A stretch of 64,000 bases of DNA, from NCBI GenBank assembly GCA_900088475.1, contig FLMG01000277.1, positions 49,492-113,491 on the forward strand. The letters are read 5' to 3'. Positions 26,587 to 36,914 of the stretch are shown here, in pieces (position 1 is the first letter of the stretch; each line of letters begins with the position of its first letter). A model generated the notes under the pieces. That model searched no databases. It was given only the letters and a program-made list of their open reading frames with translations, and was not told the origin of the DNA. Origin of the DNA: Hyphochytrium catenoides (lineage: Eukaryota > Protista > Hyphochytriomycota). The position numbers were made by a program, and so were the translations under genes.

Positions 26587-29158
26587 ATGGAGCTCTGCAG
26601 GCTGGCAGAAGTTGAGCCTTGTGCGATTCACCGGGTATGATAGATGCATTGTTGTCTAGTGGCACTATTGTTGACTTCTTTGTCTCTCAGTTCTATCCGG
26701 ACCTATACAATCCTCAGGAATCTATCTTACTCATACGTACAAGCGACCAAACGTTATAGTAGGTGTTCCCTCCTGAGCAGCTTTTGGGTAGAGCTATCTG
26801 ATCTGACGACTATTTCCAGTGCCGTGTCTCCCTTGTGCCCGAACTGCGGTGCTGATCTCGAAAATGGGCTTCTGGACGCGAAAGCTATCGTCTGCCCTCT
26901 AGCCGGGTGCACGTTCAACCTGGAAAACGGTTATCCTATAGAGGGACCGTCCTTCCGTGGTCTCCATTCGTACACTGTCTCTGTAGATTCATCGGAAAGA
27001 GTATATCTAAGGTTGCCAGACCGATGGCCAACCAGCTGTGGCAAAGACTTTCGCCAGCCAGTGGCTCTGGATAGCTCCTCAACTGAAATAATTGTTGTCA
27101 TTGGGGCAGGGGCCACAGGTACAACCCTCATGACTACGTGCGCCGGGTGTAGCAAATGCGGTCGTTTCTTGGTTCTATTATTCCCTATCCCGAACTATCC
27201 ACTCCGCTCGTTATCTTAGACTTTTACTATGTCGCTCTGTGCTGGTATCTTTTCATGCGATAGCAACATCATTTCACGCCATGATGACTATAGGTAGTGC
27301 AGCGGTGGAAACTCTACGGAGAGAGGGCTATGCTGGTCGCATAATCATGATTAGCGCTGAGGTTGTCGGGGGAATCAACAGGTAATATTAATGCGCGGCT
27401 CTCCCTCTATCCGTCCCCGCATTTTAAGGTTGTTTGTTGTTAGGCCTGAAATATTTAGATCGCTAGAAACGTTCGACCCTCTACTGCCGCCTGTATGGTG
27501 GTTCGAGGAAGATTACCAGGAGAGTCTCCAGTGCGATTGCTATTGGGGTTGCGAAGTGGTCAAAGTGGATGCGGACAAGAAGCTTCTGAGCCTTCTAGAT
27601 GGGCGTAGTATTCAGTTCTCTAAGCTACTCATTGCGTCTGGCAGTATACCCAGGATCGCTATCGGGGTACCAGGTACCCCAACTGCTTCTCAGCCCAGAC
27701 CAACCTACATTGGCTGACCCTGAGTGTTTAGGGATGGAAGATTGCAAGAACGTCCATATGCTGGGCTCCATGGAGGAAATTGCTGCAGCAGCTAGAAGCT
27801 GCCAGGATGCGAGGAACATTGTCATCTTAGGCGAGGGCATCATGGCCTTGGAATTTGCACATGGCATTGCAACAACTCCGTCCAGCCTAGAGAAGACCAT
27901 TACACTAGTTAGTGAGGCGCCTGTCCTCCGTAAGCTCTTTGGCAACGAAGTCTCGGGCTTTCTTTGCGAATTCCTTGCTGAGCAAGGCGTACAACTGGAG
28001 TCAGGATGCCAAGTTATTGGTAGGTTTTTTTAAGGAATGGTAGCCTAAAGACGCACTAAAAGAGTTTTGATGACAGGACTGGAGAAGGATTCAGCTGGCA
28101 TGGTGACTAAAATGGTTCTAGATAATGGTACATCGGTACCGGTGGATGCCGTGATTTTATGCTTGGGCTGGATGCCCAATACAGCCTTCCTCAGGAGCCA
28201 AGAGTCCGGGGTGCGGCTTACTGAAAGAGGAGCCGTTGAAATCAACAAGGACTTTTCTGCTGGACGGGATATCTGGGCTGCAGGTGATTGCGCTACGATC
28301 CTCGCTTCTATCCATAGTCAGATTTATGCTGGAGACGAACAGCAATGGCAGAGGAGTCTAAGACATGGAGAGCGGGCGGCGCTAAGCCTCCTAGGCAAAG
28401 CATCTCCGAAGGGAACAGGTTTGACCGTTCTCACCTCCATCCTCAGCAAGAGCAACAAATGTCTGAGATTCGTGGGCCAGCCCAGTTCAGAGATGGACAT
28501 GAATCAGCCACTGATTAGAGATCTGGGGAACTCAAACTTTGCAGCTTTCTATCACAATACAAAGACCAAGGATATCACAGCTGTCGCAGTGATGGGAAGT
28601 GGCTCTCTTCCTTCGTTGCTTTGCCACTTATTCTCGACTGGTCGTCTGCCGTCTCTGGAGGAGCTTGGCAACCTGGAAAACTTGGGCCAGCTAGGAGCTT
28701 GCCTAAGTCCAAGGCGTGATAATGCTACCTCTATTATAGAGGCGCCTTCACCAGACCCTGTTGAAGTGAGGTTGAATCCTCTTCTTGAGGAACATAATGT
28801 ACGTATTGTACACCTAGCCCAATCCCCCCTCCACCCCCTTGATAGGCCTGCTTCCTCGTGACTATGCTGTTGTTGGCTAGCTCTTCTTTACCCCGAGTTG
28901 GGAGAACGTGTAATGACTGACGACCCTTTCGCTTAGATCCTCCGTCAGCTATTTAGCCGGTTCGACCCTCTGGAAACGGGCTCTATCTCAGTGGAGCATC
29001 TCCCAGCAGTGCTGGAGCTCTTAGGTGACCGTTTAGAGGAAGAAGAGCTCCAGGCTGCAATCAACCGACTTGATGAAGATAAATCGCGAAAGGTGAAGTT
29101 TGCTACATTCGTTACTTGGTGGCAAACCATACCAGAGGCCATTCTCGACGGGCCATAA
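26587..29158 (+). CDS. AIFM3/ferredoxin-reductase-like flavoprotein: atypical Rieske-like domain + FAD/NAD(P)H oxidoreductase + C-terminal EF-hand pair
   Basis: Exons at about 26587-26634, 26691-26758, 26820-27118, 27293-27381, 27443-27672, 27731-28019, 28077-28798 and 28937-29158. Motifs are ILLIR..YAVSPLCPNCGADL..IVCPLAGCTFNLENG, IVVIGAGATGSAAVETLRREGYAGRI, KLLIASGS, IVILGEGIMALE and IWAAGDCA. The last exon reads LFSRFDPLETGSI..LDEDKSRKVKFATFVTWW. Confidence 0.82.
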
Positions 29159-29266
29159 CGGGCCAAGAAATACACTGTGCTTCTAATCGGCCAGGGGGTA
29201 AGGAGATAGAGTACCTTTGATTGTATAAATTTAGTGTCTACAGCCTAAGTGTAGTAATGGAAGTTA

Positions 29267-29785
29267 TCAGTCCTTTTTCTTCGCTGTCTGGCTTTCTTTG
29301 AGCTTTGAAGAGTTAGACGTCGCAGCGCCGTTGGTTGCCTTCTCCTCTTCTATAGACTTGGTCTCCTCAGAGTGAGCCCAGCGCTTGGTAATCCATACGA
29401 AGAAGGAAGAGAAAACGTACAAGTTGACACATGCCAAGATAGCAAACGTGCCCCAAAACTTTACGGCAGGGAACGACATGAAAGGAGAGGCGAAGGGTTA
29501 ACATTAATTTACATCACGGTAAATACGGAGGATCGTGTAGAGAAGTCTTACCCAATAGTTAAGCCCAAGGTACTCCTGCCAAACGGTCGTTGCTCCTGCC
29601 TCCAGCCCGATGAGTTCTGCAAACTCATTTGCGAGTGGGCTCTTAGAGAGTGCCACACATATCTTGTTCACCATCACAGTATGCCAGTAGGTTACGAAGA
29701 GCCAGCAAGCAAGAAGGAGGCCGACAAAACCATAGCTGAGAATCCAGGCCAGGAGGCCAGGACGCCTCTCACTCTCACTAGCCAT
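29267..29785 (-). CDS. Small two-exon membrane protein (141 aa, 2 predicted TM helices, C-terminal KKxx)
   Basis: Exons 29552-29785 and 29267-29458 join in phase 0 (tgg|gtaag...aag|ttt). There are two hydrophobic stretches, and the protein ends AKKKD*. Confidence 0.72.
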
Positions 29786-30936
29786 ATGTGTCTCGTCAGA
29801 TCAGTACGTTGAGGTAATGGTCCTTATACTTCAATTATGAAGTCTTCCCCCCTTAGGTCACAGCTTCCCTCCTTAGACTAGTTAGAGTCCAGGATTACCT
29901 GCTCTTGTCTCCATCTAGCCTTTATGTGGTCTCATCAGCAATATGCGGCGCTTGCAGGAGGCGGCGCGCAACCTTGCCGCTTATCGATCTCCTCCCACAG
30001 TTGCACCAGCACACTCTGAAGGCAAAACGGAAGCTAAGGATGATCGTACTCGGCCTGCTGGGAGAAAGAAGGCCCCTGTCGCCTTCCAGATGAAAGAAGC
30101 TTGGACAAGAGAGCTGTCATGAGTCGAAAAGACCGTAGCGTGAGATCAGAATGCCATTGCCTCCCGCCAACGCCTCACACAGTCGTCTCCACTCACTTCG
30201 CAAGGGAAGCGGAGGAAGATTTGTGAGTTGTCAGCAGACAAGAACTTTATTGTGGGTGAAACTCGTTTGTTTCCACCAATCTGATCGAGCCGATCAGGTA
30301 GCTTATATATGGAGGTTTGGAGAAGAGGTTTCTTGCAAGATGATTAATTCAGAGAAACCTTCCTTTCATGACCGATCCGTGGTTATCAACTCTGTGATAT
30401 TCTATATCAAAGGCCAGGCTGGGGGGTCGAGGCCGATAAAACGGACTGTATGCTCTCTCTTCTTCTTGCCTTCTGCCTCTGGTCCTTCCTTCTCTCGGGT
30501 GATGACTGAGTGATGAGAGATGACCTTTCCTTTGAGCTCGGCACAAGGTCTCATCGTCTCTTCGTTCTTCCTCCTTAAACACGCAGCTCTTCTTCTTCTT
30601 GTTGTTTGCTAGGTGAGGCCACCGCCGCCGGGCCATGACAGGCTGCATGATGATGATGGTGTTTAGCATGTAGAGAGGTGATGCAAGAGAGAAAGGGTAT
30701 GCAGTGATGAGCTCGTGATTTTAGCTACTGATGGTTTCCCGGTGGTTTGCTTGAGAGATGAGAGAAAAATTGACGAGTGAGTGTAGCTAGAGTACACCAC
30801 CTGCATTATTATTCCCCCCTTGCCGCTGCTTGCTTGCCCAAGCTTCATGATGATGGGCTTTATCGCCTCGATCTAGAACCCCGACCCTCCGGTGGACTAA
30901 GGGCCATTGTTTTTTACGGCCCTGCAGTAGTGAGAG

Positions 30937-31957
30937 ATGGATAGGCCACAGCCAAAGGCACCTGTGGCTGCCAGGAGGCGATCTGGATCTCGTCTGTTGA
31001 TGTTGAGCCTCATTATCCTGGTCTCCAATTATCAAGTCGTTCGCAATGCTTTGCCCGAGCTTTTTGTCGGGGCGCAGGTGGTGACGACTCCAACTCCTGG
31101 ACCTACCGTGGCACCTTCACCACAGAAAACGAAGTGTCATACATGCACCCCGGCCGAAATCGAGCTTTGTTCTTCGGTGGTTGGAGGAAGAGAAATAGTC
31201 GTACCAGATCTTAGGTGGGCTTCTATGCGTGAACTTAGCTCTATCCTTCTTAGTTTGTTAGCCTTCTCGGCAGTCTCTTCCTCCCCTTCTGTGGCCGCCA
31301 GCTGACTGTTTTCACCTTTCATTTCCGGCATCGAACGTTCCGCCGCAGTGAGTATCCCTACTCTATTACTCAGCAAGGCTATTCGGAGCGTTGTCATATG
31401 CTTGACAAGAAGGTGACCACAGTCCAAAGCGCTGCCTTTGGAGAAGGAGGAACGTTCCATAACACTTCCCAATGCCAAGACCTCGTTACAAAGTTCCATT
31501 GTCTATTGTTGGCTACAGCGTCGAATCATTGCCCTCAAGCCCCATTGCTACCTTGTCGATCAATGTGCATGGAGATAGCAACGAAGTGTGTGCCATCCTA
31601 CAAGTTTGTCGAGTATTCCAGGACAATTTGCGGCGCCATACCCTGCAACAATCTAGCAGCGTCGGCAGCAGGAAACGAGAGCTGCGTGCGAGGTGAGTGC
31701 TGGTGGTGCAAGGCCGTAGAAGTTTTCAAATTTCCTATCTCATTACGCAACAACCAGGGTCGGAAGAAGATTTGGCGCTGGTGGACGAGAGCTTCGACAC
31801 TTGTACTTTGGGCCTTATTGACCCACTAGCGGAGGCTAGCGGCGCTCCTCCTAGAGGGAGGAGGCTTATATTGATGTTCTGTTTCGATGGCCGGATGTCG
31901 CTATATCCTCTACCTTTAGTCCTGGTCATCATGACCACGGTGCTGTTGCTTGTTTAG
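30937..31957 (+). CDS. Cysteine-rich surface protein with Frizzled-CRD-like domain, predicted signal sequence and GPI-type hydrophobic C-terminus
   Basis: Exons 30937-31214, 31349-31692 and 31758-31957 join in phase. The product has 14 Cys before the tail, including CQDLVTKFHC..C..LLPCRSMCMEIATKC. It also has an N-terminal hydrophobic segment, a Pro/Thr linker and the C-terminus ASGA..LPLVLVIMTTVLLLV*. Confidence 0.7.
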
Positions 31958-33224
31958 CTTTCCCACAGCAGGCTGGTGACTATTATCCCCACATCGGCTA
32001 GCTTTACTTAGATAAGCACCAAGGTAGCAGGACCTCATCGAAGGATCGGCAGGTTGGCCAGAACTCTACTAGGGCACTTGCCTATCTCTCTGAGCACGAT
32101 CATTAGCCATCATTGCCTGCCGATTCATGGCAAGATGTTGACTGCTGACCGACGATAGTACTGGTCCTATATGGTGGCCGGATCGGTAGTGAGAGAAGCT
32201 CTCTTCTATCTTTGTTGCCAAGGACGGAAAGTCATAGAGTGGATGATATAAGGTAGGCAGAGTCCACCTGCAGCTCACACGCAGGGTAGCGATGAACCAT
32301 TATTAATAAGGAATAGAACTATTATGGTATTCTATGCCGCTGGCCCTCCATTCTTCTTGCTGCTGCTATCCTCTATCACTGCTGCTACCATCACCGACCC
32401 GGAGGAGTGATAGGGCGAGGAGCCGTTCATAACATCCCTGATCCCTCGTGCTGATGACAAAGCATCATCTTCCTCCTGACGAACGAAGGAAGAAGAATGA
32501 GCCTTTCTTTCCCCATCCATCATCATCCTTCTCAGTCATCATGTTGCCTTACAAGTGTCCGCGGGGTCAGGAAGAGATACGAACTGTGTGCACCCAGATT
32601 CTGATGTCGCGATGATGATTAGAAGGTGATGAATGGATAATGTGCTGGGAAAGGGAGGAGGTGGAGATGGGATATGAAGAAGAGGGAAGGACCGACACGA
32701 GGAGGAGCAGGAGGTGCGCTGCAGCAGCGGGTGCAAGGCGAAGAGACAACCTAACGCTGAGCCGGTACCGGCTTCCTGGGGTTGGTCCGTTACGAGCTAG
32801 GTCTGTGCCTTTCTCTCCCGAAAATTCTTCTGCGATGATGGCGGAGGAGTGAGAGATGATGATGGCGCCGTCCGGCTAGAGACGGTGCAGGAAGAGGGAG
32901 AAGAGCAGGAGGACTCAGAGACAAAGCCGGCTTTCAAGAACCTGTGCAGAGCTCCCCGTAGGCGTACAAAATGGCACAATGGCATAAGTCTTGATAGAAG
33001 TGCGCTTGCCGATGAGGCGATGTTAAGGCATGGTGCAGAGGATCATTCTATGAATGAAGCACACTTGATCGATGACCAAGGCTGAGGATGACTTTGAATC
33101 TTACCTTTGCCAAGGTAATTCTTGCAGCGGACATTTCTCTAAGACTGAGCTATCTACATAAAGGAATGGACTCTCAGTGTGAGAGGGTACTAGATCATAC
33201 CTTTAGAGTACCGAACCTTGAGCG

Positions 33225-36157
33225 ATGGATCTAACGGAGGGGAGCGCCAAGAAGGGAAAGGAAACAGCGACAGCAATGTTCCATCCAAAGCCTTCATGGA
33301 TGGAGGATCAGGTCCAGGCATCGCGGCAACAAGCAGCCGCAAGGAAAATCCAGGCTTGGCAGAGACGGAAACTCTTGAGCGTATCCACTTGGGAAAGTCG
33401 ATTGAGAGAACGTCAAGTGCACGAACTACTCTTCCATCCTATGGACTACCAGGTGAGACATACCCTGCCCAGCAGTCTGTCCCTCTTAGAAGTAAGACAA
33501 GCAGCCTCGGTCCTGCTGTCCTCCACTAACCACAAGCATTCAGTACCTCCTTAGCTGTAGCATCCTAGCTTGGGGAATCATCAACAAGGAAACGAGAATG
33601 AAGAAGAAGCGGTATCAGCTGGTCGAGAGTATCAAAGAGCCCACAAATCTGAATGGGCTTCTGGCGAGTCAGATCCTGTCAACGCAATGTCGATGCATTC
33701 GCGTACAGAGGTCGCTTATCCTGATGTCAGAGAGCTCACCGCCGACAAACTCTTCCTCTCCTTCCTCATCGTGCTGGAGAGTCATACCAGCCAATTCTAT
33801 CTCCACTGTCCCTTCCTTTTCGCTGAGAGCTGTCAACGACGTTGTCTGCCGCATGAAGGGCTATAACGATAATTCCTATGCAAGAATTCTTCAAGATCGC
33901 ATCCGAAGCATCAAGGAGCAAGTGGAAGTCATTGATGGGCTAATGGCTGTTGCAGGGCGCCTTGACAGCACAGAGACGCAAAACAAGTTCCGTCACGATA
34001 GGGGTAGACTTCTCATAGAACTGCACATGCTGGAAAGCAAGGCAAGGAAGCTGGTGGAGGTACGACCCCTCAAGAGGAGATCAGCGCTTCGTGCCAGATG
34101 GCCTGGTGTGAGAAGGTACCGTGGGATGGTGTTGTTGTCTCTCTTAGACGATGTTCCTGTTTGCAATCCCCATGAAATGTGTATGTTCCCTTGAAAGTCG
34201 CTTCCTTGCGTGTGTCTTCTGCTCTCTCTCACGCTTGGTGTCCCGCTAGTATGAGCTTTCTGGCTATCCTACTTTGATTTCTTTTATGTCCTGTCTACCT
34301 CTGCCCCCGGGGTGGACTTATATTTTGTCCGCAGTGTTGAAGAAACTCCTCGTCTCTCTCTCTCTCTTTTCGCCTACTCTTGTTAACGTTATGGCCATAA
34401 CCAAACCCTGTCCGCAGCCTGACATCCGGTCCCTCACGTGGCTCAGCCACGAAGTTAAGGCTTATGGAATATCCTAACCTGGTCGTGTTCTCTCCACATA
34501 ACGTCAAAGTCCTAGCATGGACGGCAGCGCTTGTAGAGATGCTTCAAAAGCGCAGACAAGCTTCTCTTAGGGCAGGGGGAGCCCCACCTATGCCTAGTTT
34601 TCGTCCTGTGCCTTTCGGACCCATTGTAAACATCAGCGCCTGCATCGCCATTCAGAGCACTTGGAGGATGGTGAGGACCAGGAGACAGGTGCTCCCGCAA
34701 ATATTGAAATATAGGGCCGCCATATGCATATCTAGGTATGTTTCACTCCCACCAATGTCCTCCTCTCTCTATCTCACGCTTTCTCTCTCCCTCATATCCT
34801 GACTCTCTTTACGCTGCTCCTATACTTAGGTGGTGGCGGTTTTCCGTGCCGTGGTACAGAGTCCTTCGGCGAGCTCGCCGCCGGCGGAAGCACCAATCAT
34901 TGCCTGGTATGAAAAGAATGTCACAAGAACGATCTAAATCTGGAGTTGCATGGTGCGTTCTCCTAGCATCGTATAATCGTCTTATCCATGAGTCTACCGG
35001 ACATAGCCCTCCATTCTCACTCCAATCCGACCTCTAAGTGTCCATGTCTTGAACTGAGTTTTGATTAGTCCTCCTGTCCTTACACTTCACAACTAGGCAA
35101 GAGATCCAAGAAGCGAGCTCCACGGTATTACCGACTGGCTCTGAGGTTAATCCTCAGGACTTTGCAGACCCCAATAGTAATATCCCATCTCAAGAGGATT
35201 ATAAAGAAGTCGTCGGAAGAAGAGAAAGTGCGTCCGATGCTCTTTCTCACTCCTCTTTGGATGACGAAGTGAGCATTTCGGCCTTATCTCTAAGAGAGGA
35301 ACAGATTGTCACTAGTGAACAGGAGAAGAGTGTATCCAAGGTCCGCATGCGCTTGCTGAAGGACGTTCGCAACTTCCGAGAGAGTCAAGAAGAGGTTCTT
35401 GGCAGGTGAGGAGGATGGCTACGGGAAGATAGAAGGATAAAGAGAGAAAGCGGAAGAGAGTGAGACGTAGGACAGAGATTGTCCGTGAGATGTAGAAGAG
35501 TTATAAATCGGCCTTATGGTGGAGGTGGGAATTCAGGACAATCCGTGAGAAAGCATAGCAAGAGAACAGCGCCAAGCTCATTCTCCTCCAGGCACCGGAG
35601 GGCTGAGGTCAGAGAACTTGGACTCCGACGACAGCATGTGCAGCAGCAGCGCGAACAAGCGAAAGTATTAAAGAAACGGTAAGAGTTCAAGAGGCTAGTG
35701 CTAGATAAGCTTCTCCACGGTAATTGCCCCTACCTGGTCATCCACGCCTATTGAGGGCTCTCCTTCTTTATTGTTTCTTTTGTTATCAGCCTGTCTACAC
35801 CATCTAAATCCCATCTTTCCAAGCCATCGAGTGAGGAAAGAACTCCGGGCAGCAAGGAATGGGGCCGAGCTGGGCCAACGTCGACAGCGAAACATGCAGG
35901 AAATAGCTGCAGCAGAACAGGAGAGATTGACCTATACCCGTGACGCTCAGGACAGAAGAAATCGGGAGCAGGGACGGCAAATAAAGGCACGTCAGGCGCG
36001 CCAAGAGACTCAGGTGGGTTCACCATGAAGAGCAAACGAAGGCTCTGAGCATGGTCGCCCTTAATCACCACCGTCCTCATTTGCCCTGATTTCCTTACAG
36101 AAAAGGATGGCACAGCTCACACTCCTATGTCGAGCTGAGAGGCTTCCTACGTCTTGA
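33225..36157 (+). CDS. IQ-motif (calmodulin-binding) coiled-coil protein, multi-exon, boundaries uncertain
   Basis: IQ-like motifs AARKIQAWQRRK (~33335), ACIAIQSTWRMVRTRR (~34640) and AAICISR|WWR. R/Q/E-rich helical exons lie at 35540-36013. Start and end are tentative. Confidence 0.55.
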
Positions 36158-36914
36158 GTCCAAGCGCCCAAGGAAGCAAGAACCTCTCACACTGATAAAG
36201 AGGCGCAGCAACAGAGCTGCCAGCGCTTAGAGATAGTGCAAGCCTCCGGCCTTAGTGCAATGGACTTAGCCTTGACGCAGCTATGACAAGTCGCCTTGGT
36301 TAACTCAGCAGCCCAAGCCTTCGTGGAGATGGCTCTATCGTCTACGTCTTCCCGCCAGCTCCCACAGCCCAGACCTACAGATCATATCCAGCAGAGTAGA
36401 AGAGAGATAGAGAGACGCGCGAGTAGGGGATCAAGGAGCACAGCATGGACCTTACCAGAAGAACAGATTCTGCTTCTTTGCCAGCTTCTGACCTGGATCT
36501 TCCGATGATCACCGAAACGCCTCCAACCCCAGTAAGGGTGACTTCAACTCTTCTATCTAGAATATCGCGCTAATTTATCAAGGACCTATAGCCCCTGCCA
36601 AGTTGTATTCGAAATTAAGCTCAATAATTGTTGGTTCATTGGGAGACAAGAAGCCTGGCTCTGAGATGACACGAGGACTGGGCCATAGAGATGAGCAGAT
36701 CCGTGAAGAAGCTTCAGGACGAAGATCAGCCAGACACCAGACGAGAAGAGAGAGAGAGAGAGAGTCAGGGAACCTAGGAAAGAGGAAGAGCGGACGGATG
36801 GAGTGAAGAGAACTGAGCCGCGGACTTCGACACCGAGTGGGGAAGAAACAAGGACTCATTCCAGAGAGATTGTGCTGGGCTTCCAGCCATCTCTGTCTCT
36901 CCGGTGCTGGTTCC

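Noticed and set aside
33664-33829. Possible GC-AG intron (ctg|gcgagt) in the IQ gene
   Set aside because: The frame is open through the region and I found no phase-compatible acceptor, so it cannot be supported without RNA data.
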